From: Polyangia bacterium
GTDB taxonomy: Bacteria; Myxococcota_A; Polyangia; Palsa-1104; SHYY01
Reading direction: 5' to 3'
Assembly: GCA_036263495.1 (NCBI GenBank)
Contig: DATAGU010000224.1
Location: 55,408-119,407, forward strand
Length of the DNA stretch: 64,000 nt
The notes below the pieces were generated by a model that was given only the letters and a program-made list of their open reading frames with translations, searched no databases and was not told the origin of the DNA. The translations under genes and the position numbers were made by a program. Of this stretch, positions 8,135 to 18,083 are shown in pieces. How positions within the stretch are numbered: the first letter of the stretch is position 1; each line of letters starts with the position of its first letter.

Positions 8135-8319
8135 GGACCTCCTCCGGGCGAGGCGAGAGCTTACTTACAAATGTAGCGAGCGATTATCCCGCCACACCCC
8201 CTCCTTGGCAACCCAGCAGGACAGCGATGGCGCCCGCGCCGCGCGGGCAGCGACCCGACAGCGCCGCGCAGGGGGCGGCGACCCGCCAGCGGCGCGACCA
8301 GCCGTGCTATCTTTCCGCC

Positions 8320-8958
8320 ATGCCGCGCACCAAGACCGAGGAGGCCCTAGCCGCAGCGGAGCGAGCGCACTCCGACGACCCCGAGCGGGCCGACCTCCTG
8401 GCCCGGGCCCGGCGCTTCAAGGCCAGCTGGCTGGAGCTCGCCGAATCCCTCGCCTCCGTCCGCCGCAGCGGCCAGTGGAAGCAGTGGGGCTATGCCAGCT
8501 TCGAAGACTACACCCGCAAGGAGCTGCACCTCCGCCAGGAGACCGTCGACAAACTGACCGGCTCCTACGTCTTCCTGCAGCGCCGCGCCCCCGAGGTCCT
8601 CGACCGCGACGGCGTCGCCGCCCCGGTCCCGAGCTACCAGGCCATCGACTTCCTGCGCCGCGCCGAAGAGACCGAGGCCGCGCCCCCCGAGACCCTGGCC
8701 GAGCTCCGCCGCCGCGTCATCGACGAGGGCGCCCCCCTGCCGACCCTCTCGCGCAAGTACCGCGAGGTCGTCTTCCCGCTCGACGACAGCGCGCGCCGCG
8801 AGCGCGACCTCGGCCAGCTGCGCGCCACCGCCAAGCGGCTCCACGAGCTCCTCACCGGCAGCGAGGCCGCGCCGCGCCCGCTCCGGCGCGAGCTCGAACG
8901 CCTGCTCACCGAGCTCCTCGAGGCCCTCGCGCCCGGCGAAGAAGAGCAGGCCGCATGA
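8320..8958 (+). CDS. hypothetical protein (possible ParB-like/DNA-binding fold)
   Basis: Coding-like composition from MPRTKTEE onward; WKQWGYASFEDYTRKELHL segment; no confident family assignment; start chosen at first ATG after Arg-rich prefix. Confidence 0.4.
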   Translation: MPRTKTEEALAAAERAHSDDPERADLLARARRFKASWLELAESLASVRRSGQWKQWGYASFEDYTRKELHLRQETVDKLTGSYVFLQRRAPEVLDRDGVAAPVPSYQAIDFLRRAEETEAAPPETLAELRRRVIDEGAPLPTLSRKYREVVFPLDDSARRERDLGQLRATAKRLHELLTGSEAAPRPLRRELERLLTELLEALAPGEEEQAA

Positions 8959-8965
8959 AGTCGCC

Positions 8966-10468
8966 ATGACCCCGGAGCGCGCCAAGCCCCTCGATGTGGC
9001 CCCCGCCGAAGCGCGACACGGCAGCCCCGCCGAAGCGCGACACGGCAGCCCCGCCGGAGCGCAGCGTACATCATCCCAGGGCCCCCTCGGCCCCCGGAGC
9101 CCGCGGAGCCCGAGCCCCCACCGCCCCGCCGGGACCCTCGGCCGCCTGACCGCCCTCGGCCGCCGCCTGCACGCCCCCGACCCCACCACCGTCATCGGCT
9201 GGGTGTGGCGCGTCGGCGTCCAGACCGCCCGCCGCTGGCGGGGCGACGGCTGCTCCCGCCAGGCCGCCTCGCTCGCCTACAAGAGCATGCTCGGCCTCGT
9301 CCCGCTCGCCGCCTTCTCCTTCACCCTCCTGCGCTCGATGGGCACCCTCGGCGCCCGCTCCGCCCTCATCGAGTTCTTTGCCGGCAACCTCTTCCCGGCG
9401 CAGGGAGAGCGCGAGGCCGTGAGCACCGCGCTCCTCCAGTTCGCCGACCGCCTGGCCGAAGACGCCATCGGCCCCATCGGCCTCGGCGTCCTCATCGTCA
9501 TCGTGTTCCTCCTGTTCCTCGAGATCGAGTCCTTCTGGAACGGCATCTGGTCCACCCCCCGGCCGCGCTCGCTCGTCTCCAAGTTCTTCGTCTTCTATGC
9601 CCTCGCCACGCTCGTGCCCTTCCTCATGGCCGTGTCGCTCTATCACACCGCCCATTACTGGCGGAGCGGCCTCGCCGCCTACGTGGCGCCCTGGGGCTCC
9701 GTCTTCGTCGCCCTGCTCCTCGCCAACCGGCTCCTCCCGGCCGTGCGCGTGCGCTGGCACTACGCCGGCCTCGGGGCCGCCGTGTCGGCCGTCCTCTACG
9801 AGCTCGCCAAGTTCAGCTTCAGCCACTACGCCGCCCTCGTCCTCGGCCGCTACCAGTCGGTCTACGGCGCGCTCGGCCTCCTGCCGCTCCTCCTCGTGTG
9901 GATCTACGTCTCGTGGCTGGTCGTGCTGCTCGGCGCCGAGGTGGCCCACGCCGCGCAGCGGCTCAGCGCGCTCGAGGCCGCCGAGCGACGGCAGCACCGG
10001 AGCGACGATCAATGGCGTCTCGTCTCCGGGCCCACGGCCGCGCGGCTCCTCCTGGAGATGACGCGCGCCTTCTCCCAGGGCCTCGCGCCGCCCACCACGG
10101 CCGAGCTCGTGGAGCGCTTCGGCCTGCCCGAGGAGGTGGTGATGCGGGTGCTCGATCGTCTGCGCGAGAAGCGCCTGGTCCTCGAAGCCGGCGGCGACGG
10201 TCTGGACGGCGTCACGCCCGGCTGGGTGCCGGGGCGTCCGCCGTCGACGATCCTGCTCGGCGACGTGCTCGGGCTCTTCCGTCCCGCCGATCCCGAAGGC
10301 AGCGCCGACGCGCTCGGCCGCCTCCTCCGCGAGCTGGCGGCCCACGAGACCCAGGAGACCGACCTGTCCCTGGCGGAGCTGTTCGAAGCCTCCAGTGGCG
10401 GCGGGGAGGGTCGGGCCGAAGAGGGGCGTGATCACGGCAAGCGCCGGGAAGCGCGCTCCGGCGGCTGA
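8966..10468 (+). CDS. YihY/BrkB family inner-membrane protein with long N-terminal extension and C-terminal cytoplasmic tail
   Basis: ASLAYKSMLGLVPLAAFSFTLL and multiple TM helices typical of YihY/BrkB family; start uncertain; 24-bp direct repeat at 9001-9058 in the 5' region. Confidence 0.7.
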   Translation: MTPERAKPLDVAPAEARHGSPAEARHGSPAGAQRTSSQGPLGPRSPRSPSPHRPAGTLGRLTALGRRLHAPDPTTVIGWVWRVGVQTARRWRGDGCSRQAASLAYKSMLGLVPLAAFSFTLLRSMGTLGARSALIEFFAGNLFPAQGEREAVSTALLQFADRLAEDAIGPIGLGVLIVIVFLLFLEIESFWNGIWSTPRPRSLVSKFFVFYALATLVPFLMAVSLYHTAHYWRSGLAAYVAPWGSVFVALLLANRLLPAVRVRWHYAGLGAAVSAVLYELAKFSFSHYAALVLGRYQSVYGALGLLPLLLVWIYVSWLVVLLGAEVAHAAQRLSALEAAERRQHRSDDQWRLVSGPTAARLLLEMTRAFSQGLAPPTTAELVERFGLPEEVVMRVLDRLREKRLVLEAGGDGLDGVTPGWVPGRPPSTILLGDVLGLFRPADPEGSADALGRLLRELAAHETQETDLSLAELFEASSGGGEGRAEEGRDHGKRREARSGG

Positions 10469-10599
10469 CGTTTCGTGTGCCAGCCCACAGTCCCACGGCG
10501 GGGACGGCGATTTGCGCCATCCGTCGCTGCGAGACCGCATGGTGCTTGAGCGATAGAAATGCGCTAGGGGGCGGCTGATGGAGGTCGTAGCCTGGAGCG

Positions 10600-11133
10600 A
10601 TGTCAGCCTCTCCGCGCCTCGTGGTCTATCTCGACGGCAGGCCGTGCGCCGAGGTGGCGCCGCCGGTGCCCTTTCCGCCACGCGCCTGGCTGCTCGGGGT
10701 GGTGGCCGTGCAAGCCACGGTGGAGGCGAACCGGCCGGTGGCACGGCTGCGCGTTCATGTGACGGGGGCGCCGCAGCCGACGGTGGTGCCGCTCGGCAGG
10801 ACGGCGCTCGTGCAGGTGGCGCTCTGCGAGGCGCTGGCGCCGCCGCTGCCCGCGATCGCGGGGCCGGGGACGGACGAGGCGGTGGCGCGGCTCGTGCTCC
10901 TGCGGGGCGGTGAGCGGCTCGCGGAGGCGCGGCTCCTCCCGGGAGGGCTCGCGGCGGAGCCGGCGCCGCGCGCCTTCAGTCACGTGTTCTGCCGCTGGCT
11001 CCGCGACGGGGGGATCGAGCCGGGCTGCGATCTGACGGACTTCCTCAGTCTGCCCGAGGGGACCAAGTACGAACGCCTGGTGAGCGCGCCGCTCGACGTC
11101 GGGGAGGTGGTCTCCATCGCCTGGTGGGCGTGA
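10600..11133 (+). CDS. hypothetical protein
   Basis: 177-aa ORF with non-Arg-biased composition; no recognisable motif. Confidence 0.35.
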   Translation: MSASPRLVVYLDGRPCAEVAPPVPFPPRAWLLGVVAVQATVEANRPVARLRVHVTGAPQPTVVPLGRTALVQVALCEALAPPLPAIAGPGTDEAVARLVLLRGGERLAEARLLPGGLAAEPAPRAFSHVFCRWLRDGGIEPGCDLTDFLSLPEGTKYERLVSAPLDVGEVVSIAWWA

Positions 11134-11214
11134 GGCCCGCGGGGCGTGGATCGTTGAGCACGAGGGGAAGGAGGGGGGCCTGCTGGGATAGGCGAGGCGA
11201 GCCGGGAGGGGCCG

Positions 11215-11620
11215 TCAGGGGGTCTGGGTGGGGTTTCGCAGCCAAGCGCGAGCGGACTCGAGGTCGGGGAAGTTGGTGATCACCATATCGATGCCGTTGA
11301 TCCGGTTCAGGATCTGCTTTATGGAGAGGCGCGCGATCGAGGATTGCGGGAGGACGAGGGCCATCCAGCGGGTTCCCGCCGCGGCCATGCGCGGCAGCCA
11401 ATCCTCATTCGTCCACGCCTGATCGATCTGCCGGATGGGGCCCATGAGCCGGGTATCCGCGAGCCAGCGGCTCGATCCTTTGGTGCGCAGCAGGTGGAGT
11501 CCCGTGTCGAGCGCCCCACGGAAGTCATCCCCTTCGGCGTAGCCCTTCCATTCCGCCCAGACCGCCTGGCACGTCTCGTCCCAGTGGAGGGTCACGAAGC
11601 TCTTGTCGTAATGGATCACG
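11215..11620 (-). CDS. hypothetical protein, divergent from che cluster (135 aa if GTG start)
   Basis: Conserved-looking core FVIHYDKSFVTLHWDE....RWLADTRLMGPI...W..G.RWMALVLPQSSIARLS; GTG at 11620 preceded by GGAGA; longer ORF-track version has Arg/Ser-rich prefix. Confidence 0.4.
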
Positions 11621-11898
11621 AATCCGTCTCCCTCGCCCGCGCTGTCTCGGGAACGCGAGCATCGTAACAAGGGCGGGCGGCGCAGGGAAGCGGGCAACGA
11701 CACGTTCCTGCGCGCAGGGAACGCGCGGCACCGTCGGATGTCTGAGCGGGTGGGGCGAAGAGGGAGGGGACCGCGGGATCCGGCCGTCTTGGACTCTTTG
11801 GGGAGGGGGCCGGTCCATCGGGTGGTTTCATGGGGCTCCAAGGATGGAGTTGCAATCATCCGGTGGTTCTGCTGAACTGGCAGATACCTTTTGAGACT

Positions 11899-11918
11899 GT
11901 TCTGGACTGATCCAGAAC
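11899..11918. promoter_or_regulatory. perfect palindrome gttctgga-ctga-tccagaac about 30 nt upstream of cheW start; candidate operator
   Basis: Seen directly; 8-bp arms, 4-bp spacer; lies in the 330-bp divergent intergenic region. Confidence 0.3.
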
Positions 11919-11948
11919 TTGCTTGGCTTACGCCCAGGGACGCGGTCG

Positions 11949-12428
11949 ATGTCGAGCATTGCCGGAGATGCGATCGAGCGCCGTTTCCTTTTGCTTCGGG
12001 TGGGCCCCCGATTATGTACGGTTTCATTGGAATCTGTCATTGAGACCTTGCGGCCCTTGCCCATCGAGGGGCTGGCCGATGCGCCCCGGTTCATCGAGGG
12101 GTTGAGCGTCGTGCGGGGGGAGCCGGTGCCGGTGGTGAACCTGGCGGCGCTCCTCGGGGACGCGACGATCCGGCCGGCACGACGCTTCGTCATGGTGCGG
12201 GCGGGGCACGGACGGCGGATCGCGCTGGCCGTGGAGGACGTGGTGAGCGTGGTGCGCCTCGACGAGGCGATGTTCCGGGAGAGGCCGCCGCTCCTGCAGG
12301 AGGCGCTGCCCGGGTGCGTGGAGCGGCTCGGGGCACTCGACGGCAAGCTGGTCGCGACGCTGGCGACGATGCGCATCCTGCCCGAGGAGGCCTGGGGCGG
12401 GATGGCCCTCGCGGGGGGCGGCCGATGA
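11949..12428 (+). CDS. cheW: chemotaxis coupling protein CheW
   Basis: CheW-like domain (RRFLLLRVGPRLCTVSLESVIE...FIEGLSVVRGEPVPVVNL); ATG at 11949; stop overlaps cheR start (ATGA). Confidence 0.8.
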   Translation: MSSIAGDAIERRFLLLRVGPRLCTVSLESVIETLRPLPIEGLADAPRFIEGLSVVRGEPVPVVNLAALLGDATIRPARRFVMVRAGHGRRIALAVEDVVSVVRLDEAMFRERPPLLQEALPGCVERLGALDGKLVATLATMRILPEEAWGGMALAGGGR

Positions 12429-13918
12429 CCCCCGTGATGGGAGGGGACGGGCTGGCGCTCCTGCAGGCCCGCATCGAGGAGCGTTTTGGTCTGTGCTGCT
12501 CGGAGTGGCAGCGGGAGCGGCTCGCCGCGCTGATGGCGCGCCGCGGTTCGGCGGGAGGCCCAGGGCGGGAAGCGGAGGAGGAGCCTTCTTCGCAGGCGCT
12601 GCACGGGGCGGCGATGCAGCTGGTGGTGGGCGAGACGCACTTCTTCCGCGACGTGGCGCAGCTCGATCTCGTGGCCGAGGTGGCACTGCCGGCGCTGCTC
12701 GCGGCGCGCGGCGGGCCGGTGCGGATCCTGTCGGTGGGCTGCTCCTCGGGGGAGGAGCTGTATTCGCTGGCGATCCTATTGCGGGAGCGGGGGCTGCTCG
12801 GGCCGGAGCGCGTGGTCCTGCGGGGGATGGATCTCAACCCCGGGGCGATCCGCGCGGCCCGGCGCGCGCGCTACGACGCCTGGGCGCTGCGGGGTCTGTG
12901 TCCGGCGCGGCGCGACCGCTGGTTCGAGCGCCACGGCGACGAGTATCGGCTCGTGGAGGAGATCCGGGCGGCGGCGAGCTTCGAGGAGCGCAACCTCTTC
13001 GCGCCGGATCTCGCGCGCTGGCTGCCCGGCAGCGTCGATGTCCTCCTATGCCGGAACGTGATGATCTATTTCTCCGAGCGGGCGATGCGGCGGGCCATCG
13101 CCTGCTTCACCGAGGCGCTCGTGCCGGGCGGTTTCTTGTTCCTCGGGGCGAGCGAGACGCTGCGCGGCGTCTCGGATGCGTACGAGGTGGCGTTCGCGAA
13201 GGACGCCTGTTACTACCGCCGTCGCCGCGAGCCGGTGTCGCGGCCGGCGCGGCTCACGCCCCGGACCGAGGAGGCGCTCCAGCCGCCGTTCGTGCCTGCC
13301 AGGGTGGGGGGAGAGGCAGCGCACCCGGGCCGGGCGCCGCTCGAGCGGGTGGGGCGAGGGTCGGACGGAGCGGGAGAGGCGCTGTGGAGCGCACGACCTG
13401 AGGCGGGGGCCGAGCGAGCGCTGCTCGGGCCGCTCCTCGATCTCTTCGAGGCTGAGCGCTTCGACGCCGCGCTCGCGCACATCGCCGCGCTGCCGGCGCG
13501 CGAGGCGACACGGCCTGGGGTGCAGCTGGCGCGCGCCGCCGCGCTCACGACCTGCGGCCGCCTCGGGGAGGCGGAGCACGTCTGCGCGGAGCTACTGATG
13601 AAGGAGGGGTACGCGGCCAAGGTGCACTTCCTGCTCGGGCTATGCCACGAGGCGGGCGGCGATCCCGGGGCCGCGCTGCGGCACTACCGGGAGGCCACCC
13701 TCCGCGATCCGGGCTTTGCCATGGGGCACCTGCATCTGGGTCTCCTCGCCGGGCGGCGGGGGGACACGGTCACGGAGCGCATGGCCCTGCGGGTCGCCGC
13801 GAGCCAGCTGCCGTATGAGCGGCGCGACCGGCTCCTCCTCTTCGGAGGCGGCTTTGGCCGGGGCGCTCTCATCGAGATGGCGCGCGCGCGGCTGTGCGCG
13901 CTGGGAGAGGTGCATTGA
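12425..13918 (+). CDS. cheR: chemotaxis protein methyltransferase CheR with C-terminal TPR region
   Basis: CheR N-terminal domain and SAM-binding fold (VRILSVGCSSGEELYSLAILL, LLCRNVMIYF); C-terminal TPR-like repeats (HFLLGLCHEAGGDPGAALRHYREA). Confidence 0.85.
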   Translation: MTPVMGGDGLALLQARIEERFGLCCSEWQRERLAALMARRGSAGGPGREAEEEPSSQALHGAAMQLVVGETHFFRDVAQLDLVAEVALPALLAARGGPVRILSVGCSSGEELYSLAILLRERGLLGPERVVLRGMDLNPGAIRAARRARYDAWALRGLCPARRDRWFERHGDEYRLVEEIRAAASFEERNLFAPDLARWLPGSVDVLLCRNVMIYFSERAMRRAIACFTEALVPGGFLFLGASETLRGVSDAYEVAFAKDACYYRRRREPVSRPARLTPRTEEALQPPFVPARVGGEAAHPGRAPLERVGRGSDGAGEALWSARPEAGAERALLGPLLDLFEAERFDAALAHIAALPAREATRPGVQLARAAALTTCGRLGEAEHVCAELLMKEGYAAKVHFLLGLCHEAGGDPGAALRHYREATLRDPGFAMGHLHLGLLAGRRGDTVTERMALRVAASQLPYERRDRLLLFGGGFGRGALIEMARARLCALGEVH

Positions 13919-14475
13919 AGAGTCGATCGGGTTCGCCAGAGGAGCAGCTCGCGGCCCTGCGCCGGAGTTTCGACGAGTCGTTTGCCTCGCCGCCCGCGGT
14001 CGACGACCGGGTGCGACAGAACATGCTGGCGATCCGCGCCGGCGGCCGGCGTCTGGTCGTCCCGGTGGCGCGGCTGGCGGGGGTGGAGGCGAGGCGGAAG
14101 ATCGTGGCCTTGCCCGGCGCGAGCGGGGGGCTGCTCGGGGTCGCCGGGGTGCGCCGGCGACTGGTCGCGGTCTATGGGCTGGCGGAGCTGCTCGGGGAGG
14201 CGCGGGGCCAGACCGAGCCGCGCTGGTTCCTCCTGGTCGGCCGCAACGCCGATACGGCCCTCGCGATCGAGGAGCTGGTGTCCTACCTGCAGGTGGATGA
14301 CAGCGTGCTGCGGCCGGCGGCGGAGGCGGCGGCGGGCCACCGCTATGTGCGCGAGGTGCTGGCGCGCGGCACGGCGCTGTGGAGCGTGCTCGACGTGCCG
14401 CTCGTGCTCGAGGATCTGGCGCGAGCGCGGCCGGCCGAGGGTCTGCACCCGCTCGACGCCGGGACGCCCTCATGA
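13894..14475 (+). CDS. second CheW-like coupling protein
   Basis: CheW-like fold (RQNMLAIRAGGRRLVVPVARLAGVEA...); GTG start per ORF track, start uncertain; stop overlaps mcp ATG (ATGA). Confidence 0.7.
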   Translation: MRAGRGALKSRSGSPEEQLAALRRSFDESFASPPAVDDRVRQNMLAIRAGGRRLVVPVARLAGVEARRKIVALPGASGGLLGVAGVRRRLVAVYGLAELLGEARGQTEPRWFLLVGRNADTALAIEELVSYLQVDDSVLRPAAEAAAGHRYVREVLARGTALWSVLDVPLVLEDLARARPAEGLHPLDAGTPS

Positions 14476-15941
14476 AGCGCTGGACCCTGGGACAGCAGAT
14501 CGGGATCGGTCTCCTCCTGCCGATCCTGGTCCTGGCCGGCCTCGGCCTGTTCTCCTACTGGAGCACGCAGCACCTGCTCCAGATGAACAACGGGGTGGGC
14601 CAATCGCACGACGCGCTGGCCGCGGTGAATCAGGTGGTGTTGACGCTCACGGAGGTGGAGACCGGGCAGCGGGGGTACATCATCACCGGCAAGGAGGAGT
14701 ACCTCGAGCCGAGGCGCGAGGCGCTCGAGAGGCTCGAGACTCACCTCGAGCGGCTGCGGAAGCTGATAGAGGACCATCCGGGGCAACAGCGGCGCCTCGA
14801 GGAGCTGCGCGGGTCCATCCAGAGCCGGATGGCCGAGCTGGTCAAGGTCCTCGAGCTGCGGCAGCGCGAGGGGCTGGAGTCGGCGGCGCGGCGGCTCTCG
14901 GAGGGGCGCGGCAAGAGGGACATGGACAGGATTTACGGCGTGGCCCGCGAGATGGCCCGCGCCGAGGAGGAGCGGCTGCAGGAGCGCGTCCAGGACGCCG
15001 ACGCCGCGGCCCGTCGGGTGACGAGCGTCCTCCTCTTCGGGTCGTTGTTCGCGGTGCTGGTGGTGTTCTCCGCCGGCCTGTTCATCGTGCGCGGCCTCGA
15101 CCTGCAGATCGGCACGGTGGTGCACCACCTGCAAAGCTCGGCGGCCGAGCTGCAAGCCTCGGCCACGCAGCAGGTGCGGGGGGCCAAGGGGCAGGCGGCG
15201 ACGACGACCGAGGTGTCGACGACGATGCACGAGCTGGTCTCGACCTCGCGTCAGATCGCCGAGAGCGCGCAGCGGGTCACGGTGCTGGCGAACGAGACCA
15301 CGGCGGTGGCGCAGACGGGCGACGTGACGGTGCAGGCGGCGCAGGAGGCGATGGAGGTGGTGCGCCGGCAGATCGACCGGGTGGTGCTGCACATGCTGGA
15401 CCTCGGCAAGCGGTCGCAGGAGATCGGCGGGATCCTCGACATCATCAATGAGCTCGCGGAGCAGACCAACATCCTGGCCATCAACGCCACGATCGAAGCG
15501 GCCGGGGCGGGGGATTCGGGGCGGCGCTTCGCGGTGGTGGCGGACGAGATCCGCAAGCTGGCCGACCGCGTGGGCGGGTCGACCAAGGACATCCGCTCGC
15601 TCATCGAGGAGATCCGCGCGGCGGCCAACACGACGGTGATGGCGACCGAGGACGGCTCGAAGGCGGTGGAGGCGAGCGCGCGCAAGTTCGGGGAGGTGGC
15701 GCAGAACTTCCGCAACATTGCGGGGTACGTGGCCAACACGGCGCAGGCGTCGCGCGAGATCGAGCTCAGCACCAAGCAGCAGACCACGGCGGTCGAGCAG
15801 GTGAGCACGGCCGTGGGCGAGGTGGCGCAGACGGCGCGGGAGACGGAGGGGAGCTCGACGCGCACGACGCAGGCGGCGGGGCAGCTCGTGGAGTTGTCGA
15901 ACCAACTGCTACGGCTCATCCGGCGCGAGGCCAGGGTCTGA
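14472..15941 (+). CDS. methyl-accepting chemotaxis protein with CHASE3-type periplasmic sensor, HAMP and MCP signalling domain
   Basis: N-terminal TM, CHASE3-like coiled region (QVVLTLTEVETGQRGYIITGKEEYLEP), second TM, HAMP, highly conserved MCP hairpin (INELAEQTNILAINATIEAARAG..GRRFAVVADEIRKLA). Confidence 0.85.
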   Translation: MKRWTLGQQIGIGLLLPILVLAGLGLFSYWSTQHLLQMNNGVGQSHDALAAVNQVVLTLTEVETGQRGYIITGKEEYLEPRREALERLETHLERLRKLIEDHPGQQRRLEELRGSIQSRMAELVKVLELRQREGLESAARRLSEGRGKRDMDRIYGVAREMARAEEERLQERVQDADAAARRVTSVLLFGSLFAVLVVFSAGLFIVRGLDLQIGTVVHHLQSSAAELQASATQQVRGAKGQAATTTEVSTTMHELVSTSRQIAESAQRVTVLANETTAVAQTGDVTVQAAQEAMEVVRRQIDRVVLHMLDLGKRSQEIGGILDIINELAEQTNILAINATIEAAGAGDSGRRFAVVADEIRKLADRVGGSTKDIRSLIEEIRAAANTTVMATEDGSKAVEASARKFGEVAQNFRNIAGYVANTAQASREIELSTKQQTTAVEQVSTAVGEVAQTARETEGSSTRTTQAAGQLVELSNQLLRLIRREARV

Positions 15942-15965
15942 GCCCCGAGCCCCCGGACAAGAACG

Positions 15966-18083
15966 ATGGCAGATCTGGAGGTCTACTTCCGCGCAGAGGC
16001 CGCTGACCTCATCGAGCAGCTGACTCGGGGTTTATTGGATCTCGAGAAGGACGGCAGCCGGGTCGACGTGGTGGGGCATTGCTTCCGCCTCGCGCACACG
16101 CTCAAGGGGGCGGCGCGGGTGGTGGGCCGAATGCAGGTGGGGGAGCTGGCGCACGCGATGGAGGATGCGCTGGCCGCGTACCGCGATGGCTCGCTGCCGA
16201 TCGATCGGCAGTCGGTGAGCGACCTCTTGCGGCTGCTCGAGATCATTCGCCTCGAGGCGCTGGGAGAGGCGGCGCCTTCGCCGGTGGCCGCGGCGCCCGG
16301 GGCGGAGGCGGAGCACGAGGAGGCGTTCGAGACGGTCCGGGTGGCGATCGCGCAGATGGACGAGCTGCTCGATGGTCTGTCGGAGGTGGCGGTGCAGCTC
16401 GGGGCGCTGCAGGGGCGGGCGCAGCAGGTGGGCCAGATGGAGCGCCTGGCGGCGTCGTTGATCGAGCGCGTGGGCGCGGCGGGTGGGGCGGGGCTGTCGG
16501 GGCCGGCCGAGCTGCGCCCGCTGCTCGTCGAGCTGCACCGCACGTCGGGGCAGGTGCAGCGCGAGCTCGACGCGAGCCTGGCGCGCATGGCGCGCGAGCT
16601 CGGGGGGGCGCAGTCCCGGGCGAGCACGCTGCGTCTGATGCCGGTGAGCGCGATCTTCACGCCGCTCGAGCTGGCGGTGCGCGACGCCGCGCAGGCGCTC
16701 GGCAAGCGGGTGGAGTTCGAGACCGAGGGCGGGGACGCCCGGCTCGAGGGGCATGTGCTGGCCGCGGTGCACGACGCGCTCCTGCACGTGGTGCGCAACG
16801 CGGTGGCGCATGGCATCGAGGCGGAGGAGGTGCGGCGCGCGGCGGGGAAGCCGCCGGTGGGCCGCGTGCGCCTCCGGATCGAGGGTCGCGGGCGGCGCAT
16901 CGCGTTCCTGGTGACCGATGACGGCGGCGGGGTGGATCTGGCGGCGGTGCGGCAGGCGGCGGTGGCGCGGCAGGTGATCGGCGCCGCGGAGGCGGCGGCG
17001 CTCGGGGACGAGGCAGCGCTCGAGCTCGTGTTCCGCGGTGGGGTGAGCACGAGCGATACGGTGACGGGCGTGTCGGGGCGCGGGGTGGGGCTCGACGTGG
17101 TGCGCGAGACGGTGGCCCGGCTCAAGGGCGAGGCGCACATGCACACGACGCGGGGCCAGGGCGCGACGGTGACGATGGTGGTGCCGGTGTCGCTGTCGGC
17201 GATCCCGGTGCTGCTCATGGTGCAGGGGGGGGCGTCGGTGTTGATGCCGCTCGATGCGGTGCACGCGACGCGCCGCGTGGGCGGAGACGAGATCGGGCAG
17301 GGGGCGGACGGGGCGTTCCTCTTGCACGAGGGGGAGGTGGTCCCCTTTGTGCCTTTGTCGGCGCTGCTCGGCGGCGCGGTGGCCGAGCGCGCCCAGCCGG
17401 AACACCACGGTTGGATGCCGACGCTGGCTGGGCCGCAGCAGGCAGACAACCGTGGTGTTTCGGCTCAGGCGCGCTGGTCGGTGGTGATCGTGCAGGCGGG
17501 CGCGCGGCGGGTGGGGGTGGGCGTGGAGCGGCTGCTCGGTACGATGGACGTGGTGGTGAAGCCGCTGCCGCCCACGGCTCGGACGTCGGGGTTGGTGGCG
17601 GGGGCGGCCTTCGATGCGCAGGGGGACCCGCTGCTGGTGCTGGATCCGCGGGGGATCGGGGATGGGGCCCGGGTCGCGGCGGGGACACGGATGGAGAGGC
17701 CGGCGCCGCGACGCCGCCTGCCCATCCTGGTGATCGACGACTCGCTGACCACGCGGATGCTCGAGCGCAGCATCCTCGAATCGCTCGGGTACGAGGTGGA
17801 TCTGGCGGCCTCGGCCGAGGAGGGGCTCGAGCGGGCACGCCAGCGGCGCTACGGGCTCTTCATCGTGGATGTGCAGATGCCGGGCATGGACGGCTTCACG
17901 TTCACCGAGGTGACGCGGGCGGACGCCGAGCTCGGCGCGGTGCCGGTGATGCTGGTGACGTCGCAGTCCTCGCCGGCGGACCGGCACCGCGGCATGGCGG
18001 CGGGGGCCTCGGCCTACATCGTCAAGGGGGAGTTCGATCAGCGGCAGTTCGTCGGCCGGGTCGCGGAGCTCCTGGGAGGATGA
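15966..18083 (+). CDS. cheA: hybrid histidine kinase CheA with C-terminal receiver domain
   Basis: HPt (CFRLAHTLKGAARVVG), dimerisation, HATPase (GRGVGLDVVRE), CheW-like domain, and C-terminal REC (ILVIDDSLTTR...FIVDVQMPGMDG). Confidence 0.9.
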   Translation: MADLEVYFRAEAADLIEQLTRGLLDLEKDGSRVDVVGHCFRLAHTLKGAARVVGRMQVGELAHAMEDALAAYRDGSLPIDRQSVSDLLRLLEIIRLEALGEAAPSPVAAAPGAEAEHEEAFETVRVAIAQMDELLDGLSEVAVQLGALQGRAQQVGQMERLAASLIERVGAAGGAGLSGPAELRPLLVELHRTSGQVQRELDASLARMARELGGAQSRASTLRLMPVSAIFTPLELAVRDAAQALGKRVEFETEGGDARLEGHVLAAVHDALLHVVRNAVAHGIEAEEVRRAAGKPPVGRVRLRIEGRGRRIAFLVTDDGGGVDLAAVRQAAVARQVIGAAEAAALGDEAALELVFRGGVSTSDTVTGVSGRGVGLDVVRETVARLKGEAHMHTTRGQGATVTMVVPVSLSAIPVLLMVQGGASVLMPLDAVHATRRVGGDEIGQGADGAFLLHEGEVVPFVPLSALLGGAVAERAQPEHHGWMPTLAGPQQADNRGVSAQARWSVVIVQAGARRVGVGVERLLGTMDVVVKPLPPTARTSGLVAGAAFDAQGDPLLVLDPRGIGDGARVAAGTRMERPAPRRRLPILVIDDSLTTRMLERSILESLGYEVDLAASAEEGLERARQRRYGLFIVDVQMPGMDGFTFTEVTRADAELGAVPVMLVTSQSSPADRHRGMAAGASAYIVKGEFDQRQFVGRVAELLGG

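Noticed and set aside
10578-10913. Alternative ORF MEVVAWSDV... overlapping 10600..11133
   Set aside because: Its product is dominated by Gly/Ala/Arg runs; the other frame has more balanced composition.
11860-11900. Sigma-54 type promoter (ctggcagataccttttg) upstream of cheW
   Set aside because: The -24 GG is present, but the -12 GC is missing at the required spacing.
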